From Bdellovibrionota bacterium (GTDB lineage: Bacteria; Bdellovibrionota_C; UBA2361; JAAYZI01), in contig JBMNIF010000001.1 in assembly GCA_050950765.1 (NCBI GenBank), positions 320,001 through 384,000 of the forward strand: DNA of 64,000 bases, written 5' to 3'. Position numbers and translations under genes: made by a program. Positions 10,367 through 21,170 of the stretch are shown here, piece after piece. The notes under the pieces are model-generated. The model saw nothing but the letters and a program-made list of their open reading frames with translations. It did no database searches and was not told where the DNA came from. Position 1 is the stretch's first letter. Each line of letters starts with the position of its first letter.

Positions 10367-11722
10367 TTAATTGAGTTTTATAAAGTTACTTAAGCTTTTA
10401 AGCGCTTGTTGTGCTGTGCGCAAGCGGCGATCTTTTTTGGGAATCTTGTGTCCTTTCTCGTTCCTTTCGGGGAAGGCTTCGTAGGATGGCATAATGCCGA
10501 AATTTATATTCATCGGTTGAAAATCTTTTCTATCAGGATCGCTGATATAATTCATAAGAGAACCTATGGCAGTATCTGCAGGAAATGGTAGAGGTGCTTT
10601 TCCTACAAGTGTTGCCCAAGCGTTTATCCCTGCTACAAGTCCGCTGGCGGTTGATTCAAGATAACCCTCTACACCGCTAAATTGTCCGGCAAAAAATAAC
10701 CCTGCTTGAGTGCGGAGTTCAGCAGTATTTGTTAAGTGCTGCGGTGAATTGATAAAGGTATTACGGTGAACGGATCCGAAGCGAGCAAATTCAGCGTTTT
10801 GAAGACCTGGTAAGGAGCGAAAAATCCGTTCTTGTTCACCTCTTTTCATGCGGGTTTGCATGCCAACCATACTCCACAAAGTACCTGATCTATTATCGGG
10901 GCGTAATTGAAGTGCGGCATAAGGTTGAGCACCTGTTTTCGGATCGACTAGACCTTTTCCTTTTAACGGCCCGAAACGTAAAGTATCTAAACCTCTTTCT
11001 ACCATCTCTTCAATCGGTAAGCAGCCATCAAAGGGAACAGCACCGTCGATCGTATCACTTTCAACTTCAGGGTGACCGCCAAATTTTTCAGCAGTAGCGA
11101 TGTCATGATAGAGCTTTAAATATTGATCTTCAGTGAGAGGCACATTCAGGTAATCATCACCGCCCCCTTTTCCGTAACGAGATTGCTTAAAAAGGTGTGA
11201 AAGATCTAAGGAGTCGTAGTAGAGGATCGGACTAATGGCATCAAAGAAGTGCAATTCAGATTCTCCGCAAAGATCTATAATGCGTGCTGCTAGAGTAGGT
11301 GAGCATAACGGTCCAGCGGCGATAATAACGGGAGTTTCGCGAGTGGCTGGTGGAATCTCCAAAACTTCTTGGGTGCTAACGGTTACCAGTGGGTGTTGGC
11401 GTAGCTTTGAATCGATAATAGAACTGAAGAGGTCACGGTCTACTGCTAAAGCATTTCCTGCTGGAACTGCAGCGCTATCTGCTGCTTGCATGATAAGGGA
11501 GTTGCAGATGCGAAGCTCTTCTTTTAAAAGTCCGACAGCTTGGGATAGCTCAGCACCACGAAAGGAGTTGGAACAGACTAATTCCGCAAAAAGCCCTGTT
11601 TTATGGGCTTTAGTAGTAACAACAGGACGCATCTCGTATAAATCAACTTTAATTCCGCGATTTACTAATTGCCAAGTTGCTTCACAACCACTTAGCCCTG
11701 CTCCAACAACTGTTACTCTCAT
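10367..11722 (-). CDS. trmFO: Methylenetetrahydrofolate--tRNA-(uracil-54) methyltransferase
   Basis: GAGLSGCEA, AELVCSNS, LRFGPLK, GVEGYLES and FQPMNINFG motifs. Confidence 0.95.
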   Translation of the reverse strand: MRVTVVGAGLSGCEATWQLVNRGIKVDLYEMRPVVTTKAHKTGLFAELVCSNSFRGAELSQAVGLLKEELRICNSLIMQAADSAAVPAGNALAVDRDLFSSIIDSKLRQHPLVTVSTQEVLEIPPATRETPVIIAAGPLCSPTLAARIIDLCGESELHFFDAISPILYYDSLDLSHLFKQSRYGKGGGDDYLNVPLTEDQYLKLYHDIATAEKFGGHPEVESDTIDGAVPFDGCLPIEEMVERGLDTLRFGPLKGKGLVDPKTGAQPYAALQLRPDNRSGTLWSMVGMQTRMKRGEQERIFRSLPGLQNAEFARFGSVHRNTFINSPQHLTNTAELRTQAGLFFAGQFSGVEGYLESTASGLVAGINAWATLVGKAPLPFPADTAIGSLMNYISDPDRKDFQPMNINFGIMPSYEAFPERNEKGHKIPKKDRRLRTAQQALKSLSNFIKLN

Positions 11723-12443
11723 ATTCAGACCTTAAAGCTCATTTAAAAATTAAGATAAAAATAGGGGTTAAATATTAACTTCATGGGAGTAGCGAGATAT
11801 ACCTGAAAGTTGTGTATGAAGGAAGATGGGTTGAGCACCTCTTTCATAAGTAGTGTAGCCTTTGTTGTATAACAATAAACAATAAGGAGGCACTACAACT
11901 ATGGAAAGTAATGTATTTATCTTAGGAAGTCTACACCAAACAAGCGACTCCCTCTCTTATAACTTCCTCGAGCCCAGATCATTTTTTTAAGTTTCCAGCT
12001 TTTAAAAAGCTTCTATCTCTTATTTCAATCAAACACTTTAATCGTAAATCTTTAGTTTAGATCATTTTTAAAAAGCTTCCAGCTTTAAAAAGGTGTCACC
12101 TGAAAGGTAGTAGTGGTACTCCTTAATATTTTAAAAAAGTTAACTCTTCGTGGTGGATAAATTTACCTAGAAACTTCACCAAACTCGGAAGGCAACTTAG
12201 AGATAGAGCGAAAAAAAGATCATAGTAGTAGATTTAGAGGCGAAACTAAATGTTGTTATAGAAAGTTTTAATACCCTCAGAGAGAAGAGGGTAATACACA
12301 CAATATTTATTTATGAGAGGTGTGTAATAGAGTCTTGAATATTAAGATCAGAGAAAAAGTCCGGAGTAGATCTAAATAACAGAGCATAAAAAGATGGTAT
12401 AAGCGGTGCTAAGTTTTATTTTATTATAAGTGTATTTTGTAGC

Positions 12444-14354
12444 TTAATTTATCTCTATAACAGATGCATTAAATGGGATATTCCAATCAAGAGAAAAAAT
12501 TCCCTCCGGCATCGATATCGTTTTTTCACCTGACAACCTTCCAACTATTGAAGCACCCGTTTGCAACCTTCCATTTATGGAGGTGGGAACTTGACCAGCA
12601 GGATATTTAATAACAGAAGAATCTGGTATCTCTTTATCTCCAATTTTTAGTTTGCCCTTTTGATTGTGAAAAATTGTAATAGTGTAACCTTCCTTAATAT
12701 TTTCACGACTAATATTGAGGCGTTTTTTTGCTAAAAGTGCAGCTAGCTCCGGCTTGTCGATCTTCGGAATCTGCGGAAGTTGAAGGGGGATAGTTGCTAT
12801 CAAGGAGGGGCGATTTTCTAAGCTTGGAGTCGTTACCGATTTTAAACTTCGAATTATATTCAGGTCTGACCTTAATAACGATTTAGTGAAAGTAGCAATC
12901 GTTAAAACCGATTTTGATTTATCATAAAGAGCTATCGCAGAAGCCGCTGATGTGTATGAGAGGCTTCCTAGCTGTTTATAACGTGCAACTACTGAACTGA
13001 AACGGAAGTTCCATTTTAAAACTTCTCTTCTGTTATAGACGACTCGATCATCCATACGCATGGAGAAGCTCTGCCCGACATCCAAAGCAAAGCAGGAGGT
13101 GTTAAACGATCGGGATGGATTTATCAGTTGAAAATCTTTGACTATACGAATATCAGTTAATTCTTGTGGAATCGCAGCTGTTAAGGTGGGGCTAAACTTT
13201 ATGGAAGCATCAATGATTGTGGATAACCTACAATACTGTGTCGTTGGAATGTAGGATATCACTAAACGCGCCAGCGGAGTCTTTTCGATTATCTCTTCTG
13301 TGTCTGTTAGTAGATCTCGAATTGATTCCAATTTAACCTTATCCGTAGTTGTTAGTAGCTCTTTAAAAAGAGCTACTTCTATGGAGGTGGAAGAAGGTTG
13401 ATTAAAATCTCTCTGTGAAGCTGTTTTTTTATCATCCATTATTCTCACAAAAACGCCATTGATCGGAACTCCTTTCCCGTTGACCAGTATCGTCCCGATA
13501 TCTCCATAAACTTTCTCGTTCGCTTCTTTAACGGGTGTTGGAGTAGCTTGTGGTGTAGTAGTTGGGGCAGCTTCTGGAGTAGCATCTTTAAGGTCTGTTT
13601 GTTGAGTAAGTGCTTCAGTAGCCACTGCTACTGTGGATAATGTGCGGTGTCTGATATCTATTATTAGATAGGTACTAACAACGCCAATTGATATAAAAGC
13701 CGCAACGATACCTATAACTCGACCTGTTTCTGAAAAATCAAGACGCTTTACAACTTTGCAACCACTGATCAGATCATGAAAAGTCTGACGATCTTTATTA
13801 CGGAAACTTAAAAGACACCCTATAAATAGTGATAAAATTGAGAGAATTTTTGCTAAATTACGTAGGAGCGTGGTGGCAAAATTACACCGAAGACCTGTTA
13901 GGTCAGTTACGTAGATACCAAGGAGACTTTTTCCTAAAGTAGATCTTGAGGGAGAAGCTTCAGCTATCGCACCATAAAGCGCCCCCAGTAATAAGATGTA
14001 AATTATCCATATTATAGGTGTTAAAAAAAACGGAATGGTAGTGAGTGAAGCCGTGTCTGAAACAAACACTTTAATCAGATGAATTGCAACGATATCAGGA
14101 TAGATTAAAAAGCCGAAGATATCTAAGATCTGTGCGCAACCTTGAATCAATATCGCTAGAAGCGCCGTATCTAACAACCAAGCAAAAAGGCGTAATGTAG
14201 CGCTCGCCGGAATATAAAGATCTGAAACAGATGAATCGCTCTCACTTTGTCCATCAATTAGAATATCAGATGAGGCTAAGGAACGGGTCGTCTCCCCCAA
14301 GTTAGGACGTAAGTTTTTCTTATTTTGATAACGAGATCGAAAATCGGTAGCCAT
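12444..14354 (-). CDS. RDD-family membrane protein with large C-terminal extracytoplasmic domain
   Basis: RLFAWLLD, TLGKSLLGI and QTFHDLISG RDD motifs; Thr/Pro-rich linker. Confidence 0.75.
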   Translation of the reverse strand: MATDFRSRYQNKKNLRPNLGETTRSLASSDILIDGQSESDSSVSDLYIPASATLRLFAWLLDTALLAILIQGCAQILDIFGFLIYPDIVAIHLIKVFVSDTASLTTIPFFLTPIIWIIYILLLGALYGAIAEASPSRSTLGKSLLGIYVTDLTGLRCNFATTLLRNLAKILSILSLFIGCLLSFRNKDRQTFHDLISGCKVVKRLDFSETGRVIGIVAAFISIGVVSTYLIIDIRHRTLSTVAVATEALTQQTDLKDATPEAAPTTTPQATPTPVKEANEKVYGDIGTILVNGKGVPINGVFVRIMDDKKTASQRDFNQPSSTSIEVALFKELLTTTDKVKLESIRDLLTDTEEIIEKTPLARLVISYIPTTQYCRLSTIIDASIKFSPTLTAAIPQELTDIRIVKDFQLINPSRSFNTSCFALDVGQSFSMRMDDRVVYNRREVLKWNFRFSSVVARYKQLGSLSYTSAASAIALYDKSKSVLTIATFTKSLLRSDLNIIRSLKSVTTPSLENRPSLIATIPLQLPQIPKIDKPELAALLAKKRLNISRENIKEGYTITIFHNQKGKLKIGDKEIPDSSVIKYPAGQVPTSINGRLQTGASIVGRLSGEKTISMPEGIFSLDWNIPFNASVIEIN

Positions 14355-14572
14355 TAAGAAAACGTTTTTATATACAAAAACAATAAATAAATTTACGACA
14401 TTGCTACGAGCGCAGGAGCTTTTATTATGGTAACTAACTTATTGAAATTAGGTCAATAGATTAGTTATCTTACTAAAAACCCCCTGCGACTCTATCGGAA
14501 TATTCGTAAATTTTCTAAAGTCCCTTGAATTTTTAAAACAGATTATCTTTCGGCTATTTTAAAAATAGATCT

Positions 14573-15469
14573 CTAATCACACCGTTCTGAAGTGTTTGTG
14601 ACGGTGTAAGTGATGACCTCTCCATTATTCAATGTAACTTCAACTACCACATTGTTAGGATAGTCGCCGCCTGCTTTAGAAAACCTAAAGTGCGCTCGGT
14701 CTCCTCCAGCATCAGGATTGGCTAGCCCAGAGGCGCGTCCTTCCTCGAGTTCATTTCCGTTGGCATCTTTTAAAACAACTTTTTCAATTAAAGTCGATAT
14801 GTCTGACGGTAAGATTACAACTAACTTTCCGTTACTATCAGAAACAGGCTTCCAAAGGAATCCGCCACTACCATCCATGCTTGTGCCGTTAGATGTGGAG
14901 GATGATTTTGTGGTTGTAGTAGTGTTTGATAGGCCGTGTGCGGAGGTATCAGCTGTTTGAGAACCATCGTTAAACGCTTCTATCCTCAACCTCGCCATCT
15001 CCAAAGCAGAATCCATCGACATTATAGCGATGGTTGGATCGTTTTCACTACCGCGACCATCGTAGAGCGCTTCGAGATTATCATCCAACTGTGCACCTTC
15101 AAAGGCTTCAGCATGCACCTGATCTGCCTCTTCTTTGCTTAAAGATTCACTAGCCACCATTTTAGATAAGGCGTTCTTAGCAGCTGTTTCGTAAGAGACA
15201 TACCCATCAGCACGTTGAATTAATCCTTTTTCCGTTTCTAACAATTCTTGATACTCAGCAGCAGCATCGTTCCCTTTGAGTTTTGCAATTCGTTCTGTAA
15301 GAAGGGAGGCAAATAATTCCTCTTCATTAACATTATTTGCCGAGTCAGGTTGCACCAACCCACTCAGAATTGAATTAAAATCAGAGGAGTCATTGCTTAG
15401 TAATTCCCTTACATAGCTTCCAACCTCTTGAATTCCTTTAGCGGCAAGTAATCCTGTAACAACGTCCAT
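14573..15469 (-). CDS. Hypothetical protein
   Basis: 298 aa ORF with AAGGA SD; acidic helical N-part, Thr/Ser linker, beta-rich C-terminal domain (GFLWKPVS). Confidence 0.7.
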   Translation of the reverse strand: MDVVTGLLAAKGIQEVGSYVRELLSNDSSDFNSILSGLVQPDSANNVNEEELFASLLTERIAKLKGNDAAAEYQELLETEKGLIQRADGYVSYETAAKNALSKMVASESLSKEEADQVHAEAFEGAQLDDNLEALYDGRGSENDPTIAIMSMDSALEMARLRIEAFNDGSQTADTSAHGLSNTTTTTKSSSTSNGTSMDGSGGFLWKPVSDSNGKLVVILPSDISTLIEKVVLKDANGNELEEGRASGLANPDAGGDRAHFRFSKAGGDYPNNVVVEVTLNNGEVITYTVTNTSERCD

Positions 15470-15581
15470 ATTGATTTCCTTATCAAAAATAGCGGCAATT
15501 ATTGCTAATTGACCTAGTCCAATAAAATTTAATGCAGAAATAATGCCAAAACTAAGAGATGGGGGGAGAGCCTAAAAAAGG

Positions 15582-15992
15582 CTACCGAGAAAAGTAAGAG
15601 ACCGCTTGGTATAAATTTTTACTGTATGAGAGAGGGTCCGCACCTTTGATAATGTAGCAGTTTGCTCTTGCAGCGTAGCTGCTATTGATATGGTCTGCTA
15701 AGTCTGAAGTGGAAACGATAATCACGGGAAGAACCATTTCAGACGAGAAACTTCTAAGTTCATTTAAGACATCGATGCCGCTTTTATGATCGAGTTTAAG
15801 ATCGATAATAGCTAAATTAAACGGTTGATCATCAGGTGCTGCATTTTTGAAGGCTTCATTGATTAGATTGATAGCTGTATCAGCAGAGCCACTCTCTATT
15901 ATCTCTACGGGGTGAGGTAACTTTTTTACTGCCCGAGAAGCAACAAGACGGTGAGCGCAATCATCATCAACCAAGAGGATTTTTACCTTCAT
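15582..15992 (-). CDS. Single-domain response regulator (Rcp/CheY-like)
   Basis: ILLVDDD, DLKL, VSTS and ANCYIIK motifs. Confidence 0.9.
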   Translation of the reverse strand: MKVKILLVDDDCAHRLVASRAVKKLPHPVEIIESGSADTAINLINEAFKNAAPDDQPFNLAIIDLKLDHKSGIDVLNELRSFSSEMVLPVIIVSTSDLADHINSSYAARANCYIIKGADPLSYSKNLYQAVSYFSR

Positions 15993-17464
15993 TGTTCGTC
16001 CTTTTTTTGAATCAGTTTGTTATCATCGGGAGCTTCAAAAAAAGAATCCTCCACCAGTGGTAAGACGACTTTAAAGGTACTACCTACACCGACTTCACTT
16101 TGTACAGAGACATCACCACGTAAGCAGGAGACTAACTTTTTAACGCAAGCTAATCCGATTCCAGAACCTTCAATATCTTTACTGTGCGCACGTTGGAAGG
16201 GGCGAAATATATCTTGTAAGCGATTAGAAGGGATGCCTAAACCGTTATCTTTTACTAAAAACTGAACGTAACGTGGAGAGATGTATGTTGCTGTTATTGA
16301 GATCTCTAATTTGCGTTCAGGAGAGCGGTATTTTATAGCATTACCTATTAAGTTACTGAAGATCTGATAAAGCTTTAAACGATCTCCAAGCACTTCCGGC
16401 ATCGCCGGAGTAACGGAGATACTTCCCTCTACTGCTGAAAGTTGCGGTGTGATCTCATTACAGATATCTTGCAATAAGGAATTAATATTCACAACTTCTT
16501 CCGCTGATTCTCCTATGCCGACACGCGAATAATCGACAACACTCTGTACTAGCTGCTCCAATCTATCTGTGGCGGCATTGATATGTTGGATTATCTCCCA
16601 CGTTGATGATTCTGTCGTAATTTGCAGGTCTTCCTGCAAGATCTGCATCATGCCCTTTATGGTAAAGATCGGTGCCTTTAAATCGTGAGAGATCATGTAG
16701 CTAAAATCTTCTAAATCCCGATTTTTCTCCTCAATCTGTTGTTGCCTTCGAATTAGGCTGGTGACATCGAATGTGATTGAAAGAGATGAAGTTAAATCTC
16801 CATGATCATCCATGATCGGAACCGTTCTTGTTTCTGCCCACATCTCTATGCCAGTTCTGTGATAGAAACGGTACCTAAACTGGAACGCTTCTCCGCAGGA
16901 GCAGATGCGCAAAGCTTTTTTATAATCCTCTCTATCATCGGGATGGATAATTTCAAGAAAGAAATCGGAATCTTTTACGCTGTAGATTTTTTCAAGTTTA
17001 AAGCCTGTTAAAACTTCCGTATAAGGGCTGCAATATGCGATGTGTCCGGAGGCATCTCTGATTACGATAGCTGCTGCTAAGTTCTCTGTTAAGACCTCAT
17101 AACGATCAACTAGCATATCTGTTTCGTCACTTAGCTCTTCAATGGTGTGTTGATTGTACTCTAAAATCTGTGAATGCGCTTTTAGTAGGGTATTTAGTTG
17201 TGGGAAAAGAGGATCAGTCACTTCTTTTGAGGATAAGAGCCCTTCAGATGTTATCTTAGTGGTGGCTTTGAGAACCCGCCCCGCTAGAAAGAGAAAAGTT
17301 ATTAAGACACCACACAAAAAAGCAAGTAATGAATTGAATGGAGTCTCGAAAAATAGGAGATAACTTAGAAAAAACGTGACTAATAATGTAGCGATAAAAA
17401 ATATCAGATACCTGTTACTTGAGTTCTTCCAAAAACTATCTGCATTTTTATCTGTTTTTATCAT
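15989..17464 (-). CDS. PAS-domain sensor histidine kinase
   Basis: Two TM segments, PAS (IHPDD), H-box SHDLKAP, N-box NLIGNAIKY, DNGLGI and GSGIGL. Confidence 0.93.
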   Translation of the reverse strand: MIKTDKNADSFWKNSSNRYLIFFIATLLVTFFLSYLLFFETPFNSLLAFLCGVLITFLFLAGRVLKATTKITSEGLLSSKEVTDPLFPQLNTLLKAHSQILEYNQHTIEELSDETDMLVDRYEVLTENLAAAIVIRDASGHIAYCSPYTEVLTGFKLEKIYSVKDSDFFLEIIHPDDREDYKKALRICSCGEAFQFRYRFYHRTGIEMWAETRTVPIMDDHGDLTSSLSITFDVTSLIRRQQQIEEKNRDLEDFSYMISHDLKAPIFTIKGMMQILQEDLQITTESSTWEIIQHINAATDRLEQLVQSVVDYSRVGIGESAEEVVNINSLLQDICNEITPQLSAVEGSISVTPAMPEVLGDRLKLYQIFSNLIGNAIKYRSPERKLEISITATYISPRYVQFLVKDNGLGIPSNRLQDIFRPFQRAHSKDIEGSGIGLACVKKLVSCLRGDVSVQSEVGVGSTFKVVLPLVEDSFFEAPDDNKLIQKKDEQ

Positions 17465-17503
17465 TCATCCTCTTTCTACATTTTTTCACGTTATATTTCT
17501 ATG

Positions 17504-18451
17504 TTATAGGTTTGGACGAAGATAGAGATTTTTTTCAACCTCAAAAGACCTCTGGATATTCTGCAAAATATCGTATTTTTCGGCAAGCGGGATTCCAAGA
17601 TAGGTAAAGATAGCATCTAATTTTTTAGCAGCACGATTACGAAATCTGATAAAATTGTTCGGATGCCCCAAGCCTAAAGCGTGTGCTACGGTATCAGCTG
17701 CCCAAATTAAATTTGGTAAAGTAATCTCATTTTTTGCTGCCGCTGAAAGATCTTCAGGTGGGGTGTGGTGATTTCTAATGACGCTCGTTATATCAGGGCT
17801 AAAATTCCACTTTTCTGCGATAAGTTGCCCTACTTCAGTATGGTTAAAAACAAAAACCTCTTCTTCTGCTCCGCAAAAATCACGTTCGTTATTGATAGCA
17901 GCACTGTTAATCTCGCAATAGACCTGCTCCGCACGTTGTAAGAGTAGCAGCTTGCCGATATCGTGCAGCAAGCCACTCAAAAAAGCAGAATCTTTTTTGG
18001 GGTGTCCGATCCTATCTCCTAAAATCTTTGCAGCTAAACCTGTGGCGATATCGTTAATCCAAAATTGTAAGCGTGCCGGATTTTTTGAGGGGAAAAGGTC
18101 TGATAACGTAGTGGCACTTAATAGATCACGTAGTTCGTTTACTCCTAGTACATTAACGCACGCCTCTATGTTATCGCTGCGCTTCCCACGATCGAAGTAG
18201 ACAGAGTTCGCAATTTTTAGTACCCGCGCAGAAAGCGCTTCATCTGATTCAATTACCTCTATAAAATCTCTAGCAGAAGCGTTAGGGTCTACGGATAGTT
18301 TAAAAGCTCTCTGAGCAGAGCTCGCCATAGTTGGAATGCCGTATCGCCCGATGACAGACAAGATAGCAGAAGAGATCTCTCGAGTCAGTTCGGGCGTACC
18401 CACCTTAGGTGTGTTTTTCTTTGTAGAAAAAAATTTTCCAAATAAGACCAT
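17504..18451 (-). CDS. HDOD domain protein
   Basis: LSARVLKIANS, GLLHDIGKL, HTEVG...WNF and IRNHH motifs. Confidence 0.9.
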   Translation of the reverse strand: MVLFGKFFSTKKNTPKVGTPELTREISSAILSVIGRYGIPTMASSAQRAFKLSVDPNASARDFIEVIESDEALSARVLKIANSVYFDRGKRSDNIEACVNVLGVNELRDLLSATTLSDLFPSKNPARLQFWINDIATGLAAKILGDRIGHPKKDSAFLSGLLHDIGKLLLLQRAEQVYCEINSAAINNERDFCGAEEEVFVFNHTEVGQLIAEKWNFSPDITSVIRNHHTPPEDLSAAAKNEITLPNLIWAADTVAHALGLGHPNNFIRFRNRAAKKLDAIFTYLGIPLAEKYDILQNIQRSFEVEKNLYLRPNL

Positions 18452-18452
18452 A

Positions 18453-19004
18453 CTACTCTATAACTGTAATCCAGACAGAGGCTTCTGAGGCGTATTTCGG
18501 ATCTGAAGGCTCGAATTCAACACTATCATCTATTAGTGGATCGTTCACATCCGCATCAACTCCGACCTCTCCGCTCCTTATAGTGGACATCCCTTCGAGT
18601 TCAAATCTTAACTCACCATATTGAGACTCGCCGAAACTCTTATGACTGAGGAAAAACACTAAGAACCTTCCGGCTTTGACGAACTCTCCCGAGGCGATGT
18701 CAATATCAGGATCGAGGTGATACTCTTTGTCTTCAATTCTTAAAGAAGCAGAGTTTTGTACATAAGAAAAAGCTGACGGATGGTATATCTTAAGCAAGAT
18801 GCCATCTTTATGGAGATCTGAGATCGTAATCTTTATAGAGGTGCGGTCTCCCGTGTCGATGGTTGTTGGACTGGCGCTGATAGAGACATGTGCTGCGCCG
18901 ATAAAATCATCATCACCACCGCTGCTACCACACCCTGTTAGTGTAAGTGCAGAGGCTAAAGTAATTAAAGAGAGGAGAGAAGTTTTTAAAAAAGCAGTAT
19001 TCAT
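18453..19004 (-). CDS. Putative lipoprotein
   Basis: Signal peptide with LTGC lipobox. Confidence 0.7.
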   Translation of the reverse strand: MNTAFLKTSLLSLITLASALTLTGCGSSGGDDDFIGAAHVSISASPTTIDTGDRTSIKITISDLHKDGILLKIYHPSAFSYVQNSASLRIEDKEYHLDPDIDIASGEFVKAGRFLVFFLSHKSFGESQYGELRFELEGMSTIRSGEVGVDADVNDPLIDDSVEFEPSDPKYASEASVWITVIE

Positions 19005-19328
19005 AAAGAGACCCCATAAAAACGTAGCCGTATATACCTTGCTTAGTGTTCCAAGTCTTTTACAAAGTACAAGGTGAAGAAGTAAGTAAACATTTAATCC
19101 CTACAATTGTTAATTATTTTATTAATCTTCACAAGATAGAAAGTGTAGGGTTGGGAGCGCGTTATGGTTCATAATTTAATGTCACTCTGCGAAAAGGGCT
19201 CAGAATATTTTAGGAAGGTGTGTTGCTGCATAATTCCGCAGACAAAATACCTTTGCTATTGCTCTTTAAGATTAAAATTAAGTAGACTTGTTTTTTAGTT
19301 TTACCGGTAAAATATTGATTAAAAGCAC

Positions 19329-21170
19329 TTGTGGAGACGTTTTGTTATGTTCAATACGGTTACAGACTCTTGTCCTGCCTGTAAAAAGATCGCTACTCTT
19401 TTTAAAAAGTGTACGGCGTTAAATATAATCTGTGCAGCTATCTGCCTTTTTGAAGGGTGGCGCTTTGTTCAAAGTGTAAAACAGTATTGGTTTAATCCAC
19501 TTGTTTCAACAGATGATGCCTTACAACAGGCGTTTTCATTTTATAACGTCTATCATCCCCAGATCTTTGAAGGAGATCTGATTGCTGAGATGATGCGGGG
19601 ATATTTAGCACCTCTGCACTATCTACTTGGGTACGGGATTACTCTACTCACGAAAGATCCTGTCGTGACGTGTCACTGGATGATGTTGCTTCAACTTGTT
19701 TTAACGCTCACCTTCATTTTTCTCTCCATCCGTTTTGTAGCTGGTTTTGCCCCTGCCGCCTTAGGGGTGGCGTGGTTTATCCATACCCGTCCTGTGATGC
19801 AACGTATTACGGGAGGATTGCCGCGAGGTTGGGCAGCAGCTGTGATTGTAGCGGTTTTTTACTTTATGTTGACAAAGAGACACAAAGCCGTGCTAGTGGC
19901 GTTACTGTGTGGCTGCTTATTACATCCGCCTGCAACGTTAATTGCTGCCGCTATGTATGGAATCTATTTAGTGTTGAGTCTTATCTCTAAAAATGAGCGA
20001 AAAGCGGCTTTTAGAAGGCTGCTTATATACGTGGCCTTATCTCCTCTTTATATCGCCGTTACCTATTTTGTTGTTAGCCGCCCTGAGCATATCGGGCAGA
20101 TGGTTGATTTTAAAACCGCTTCTGCTATGCCGGAGTTTGGAAGTCCGCACGGCAGGTTTACCTTTCTTCCGTTAGCTTCGATCAAATGGGACTTGTTGCA
20201 GTTTGGATTTCAACCGTTCTTTCATTATCTTTATAAACCGAAGTTCGTCTGGGGAGATTATTCTATCATCCTTCTTGGCTGGAAGCGGTGGCTGCTTTGG
20301 CTGATCCCTTTCTCATTTTTAACTTTACTTTTCTTTGATTGGCGTAAGAAAAGGCGTTTAAATCTTCAGATTGTTGCACTTTTTTCTGCGATTATCTTGG
20401 TTTATTTAGCATCACGCCTTCTCGCTTTTAAACTGTATGTTCCTAATAGGCATTTGCAGTTTCCCTTAACGGTAGCTTTAATAATCGCTTTCTGCACCTT
20501 GCTCTGGAGTGTTCTTAATAGATCTGAAGATGGTAAAAGCTCTACCTTTAAAGATGCGTGGTTATCGTTTTTAGGTATGTTCTTATTAGGCGGCGTTGTT
20601 CTACTTGGTACAGGTGGCGGGATGTATGGCGACGCTAATTTTAATTACTCGCTTTATAAAAAAGGCAAGATCTTTGCGTGGATTAGAAAAAACACTGCGC
20701 CCACTGCACTGATAGCAGGACATCCGACTCATATCGATGCTATGCAGCTTTTTGGAATGCGTAAAGCTTTTGTTACAACGGAAACGACACATCCCTTTTA
20801 TCCTGAATATTATAAGGAGATGAAGAGGCGTTACATTATTTCGTTGCGTGCGCATTACGCTAGAGATTGGCAGGAGTTTGTAGACCTCTTAGATCCGGAG
20901 GGGATCGATTATTTTGTTTTTAGTAGGAAACGTTTTTATCCAGAGGTGCTGATGAAAGAGAGATCTCTGATCTTCGCACCGTTAAATGAATTAGCGGCAG
21001 AGCTGACCTCTTATGATTTGCAGGAGTATCTTTATAAGAAGTTGCCGAGAGAGGTTGATCTAGAAGAGGCTCCTTTTATGCTTTTTAAAGATGAGCAGTC
21101 GGCACTGATAGATATTAAAGTATTAAAAGAATGGTTAGCGGCAGGAAAGGCGCTTGATGATGTTAAATAA
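19329..21170 (+). CDS. Multi-pass membrane protein, possibly GT-C-like
   Basis: 613 aa, many TM helices, loop motif STDDALQQ; overlaps the downstream glycosyltransferase. Confidence 0.6.
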   Translation: MWRRFVMFNTVTDSCPACKKIATLFKKCTALNIICAAICLFEGWRFVQSVKQYWFNPLVSTDDALQQAFSFYNVYHPQIFEGDLIAEMMRGYLAPLHYLLGYGITLLTKDPVVTCHWMMLLQLVLTLTFIFLSIRFVAGFAPAALGVAWFIHTRPVMQRITGGLPRGWAAAVIVAVFYFMLTKRHKAVLVALLCGCLLHPPATLIAAAMYGIYLVLSLISKNERKAAFRRLLIYVALSPLYIAVTYFVVSRPEHIGQMVDFKTASAMPEFGSPHGRFTFLPLASIKWDLLQFGFQPFFHYLYKPKFVWGDYSIILLGWKRWLLWLIPFSFLTLLFFDWRKKRRLNLQIVALFSAIILVYLASRLLAFKLYVPNRHLQFPLTVALIIAFCTLLWSVLNRSEDGKSSTFKDAWLSFLGMFLLGGVVLLGTGGGMYGDANFNYSLYKKGKIFAWIRKNTAPTALIAGHPTHIDAMQLFGMRKAFVTTETTHPFYPEYYKEMKRRYIISLRAHYARDWQEFVDLLDPEGIDYFVFSRKRFYPEVLMKERSLIFAPLNELAAELTSYDLQEYLYKKLPREVDLEEAPFMLFKDEQSALIDIKVLKEWLAAGKALDDVK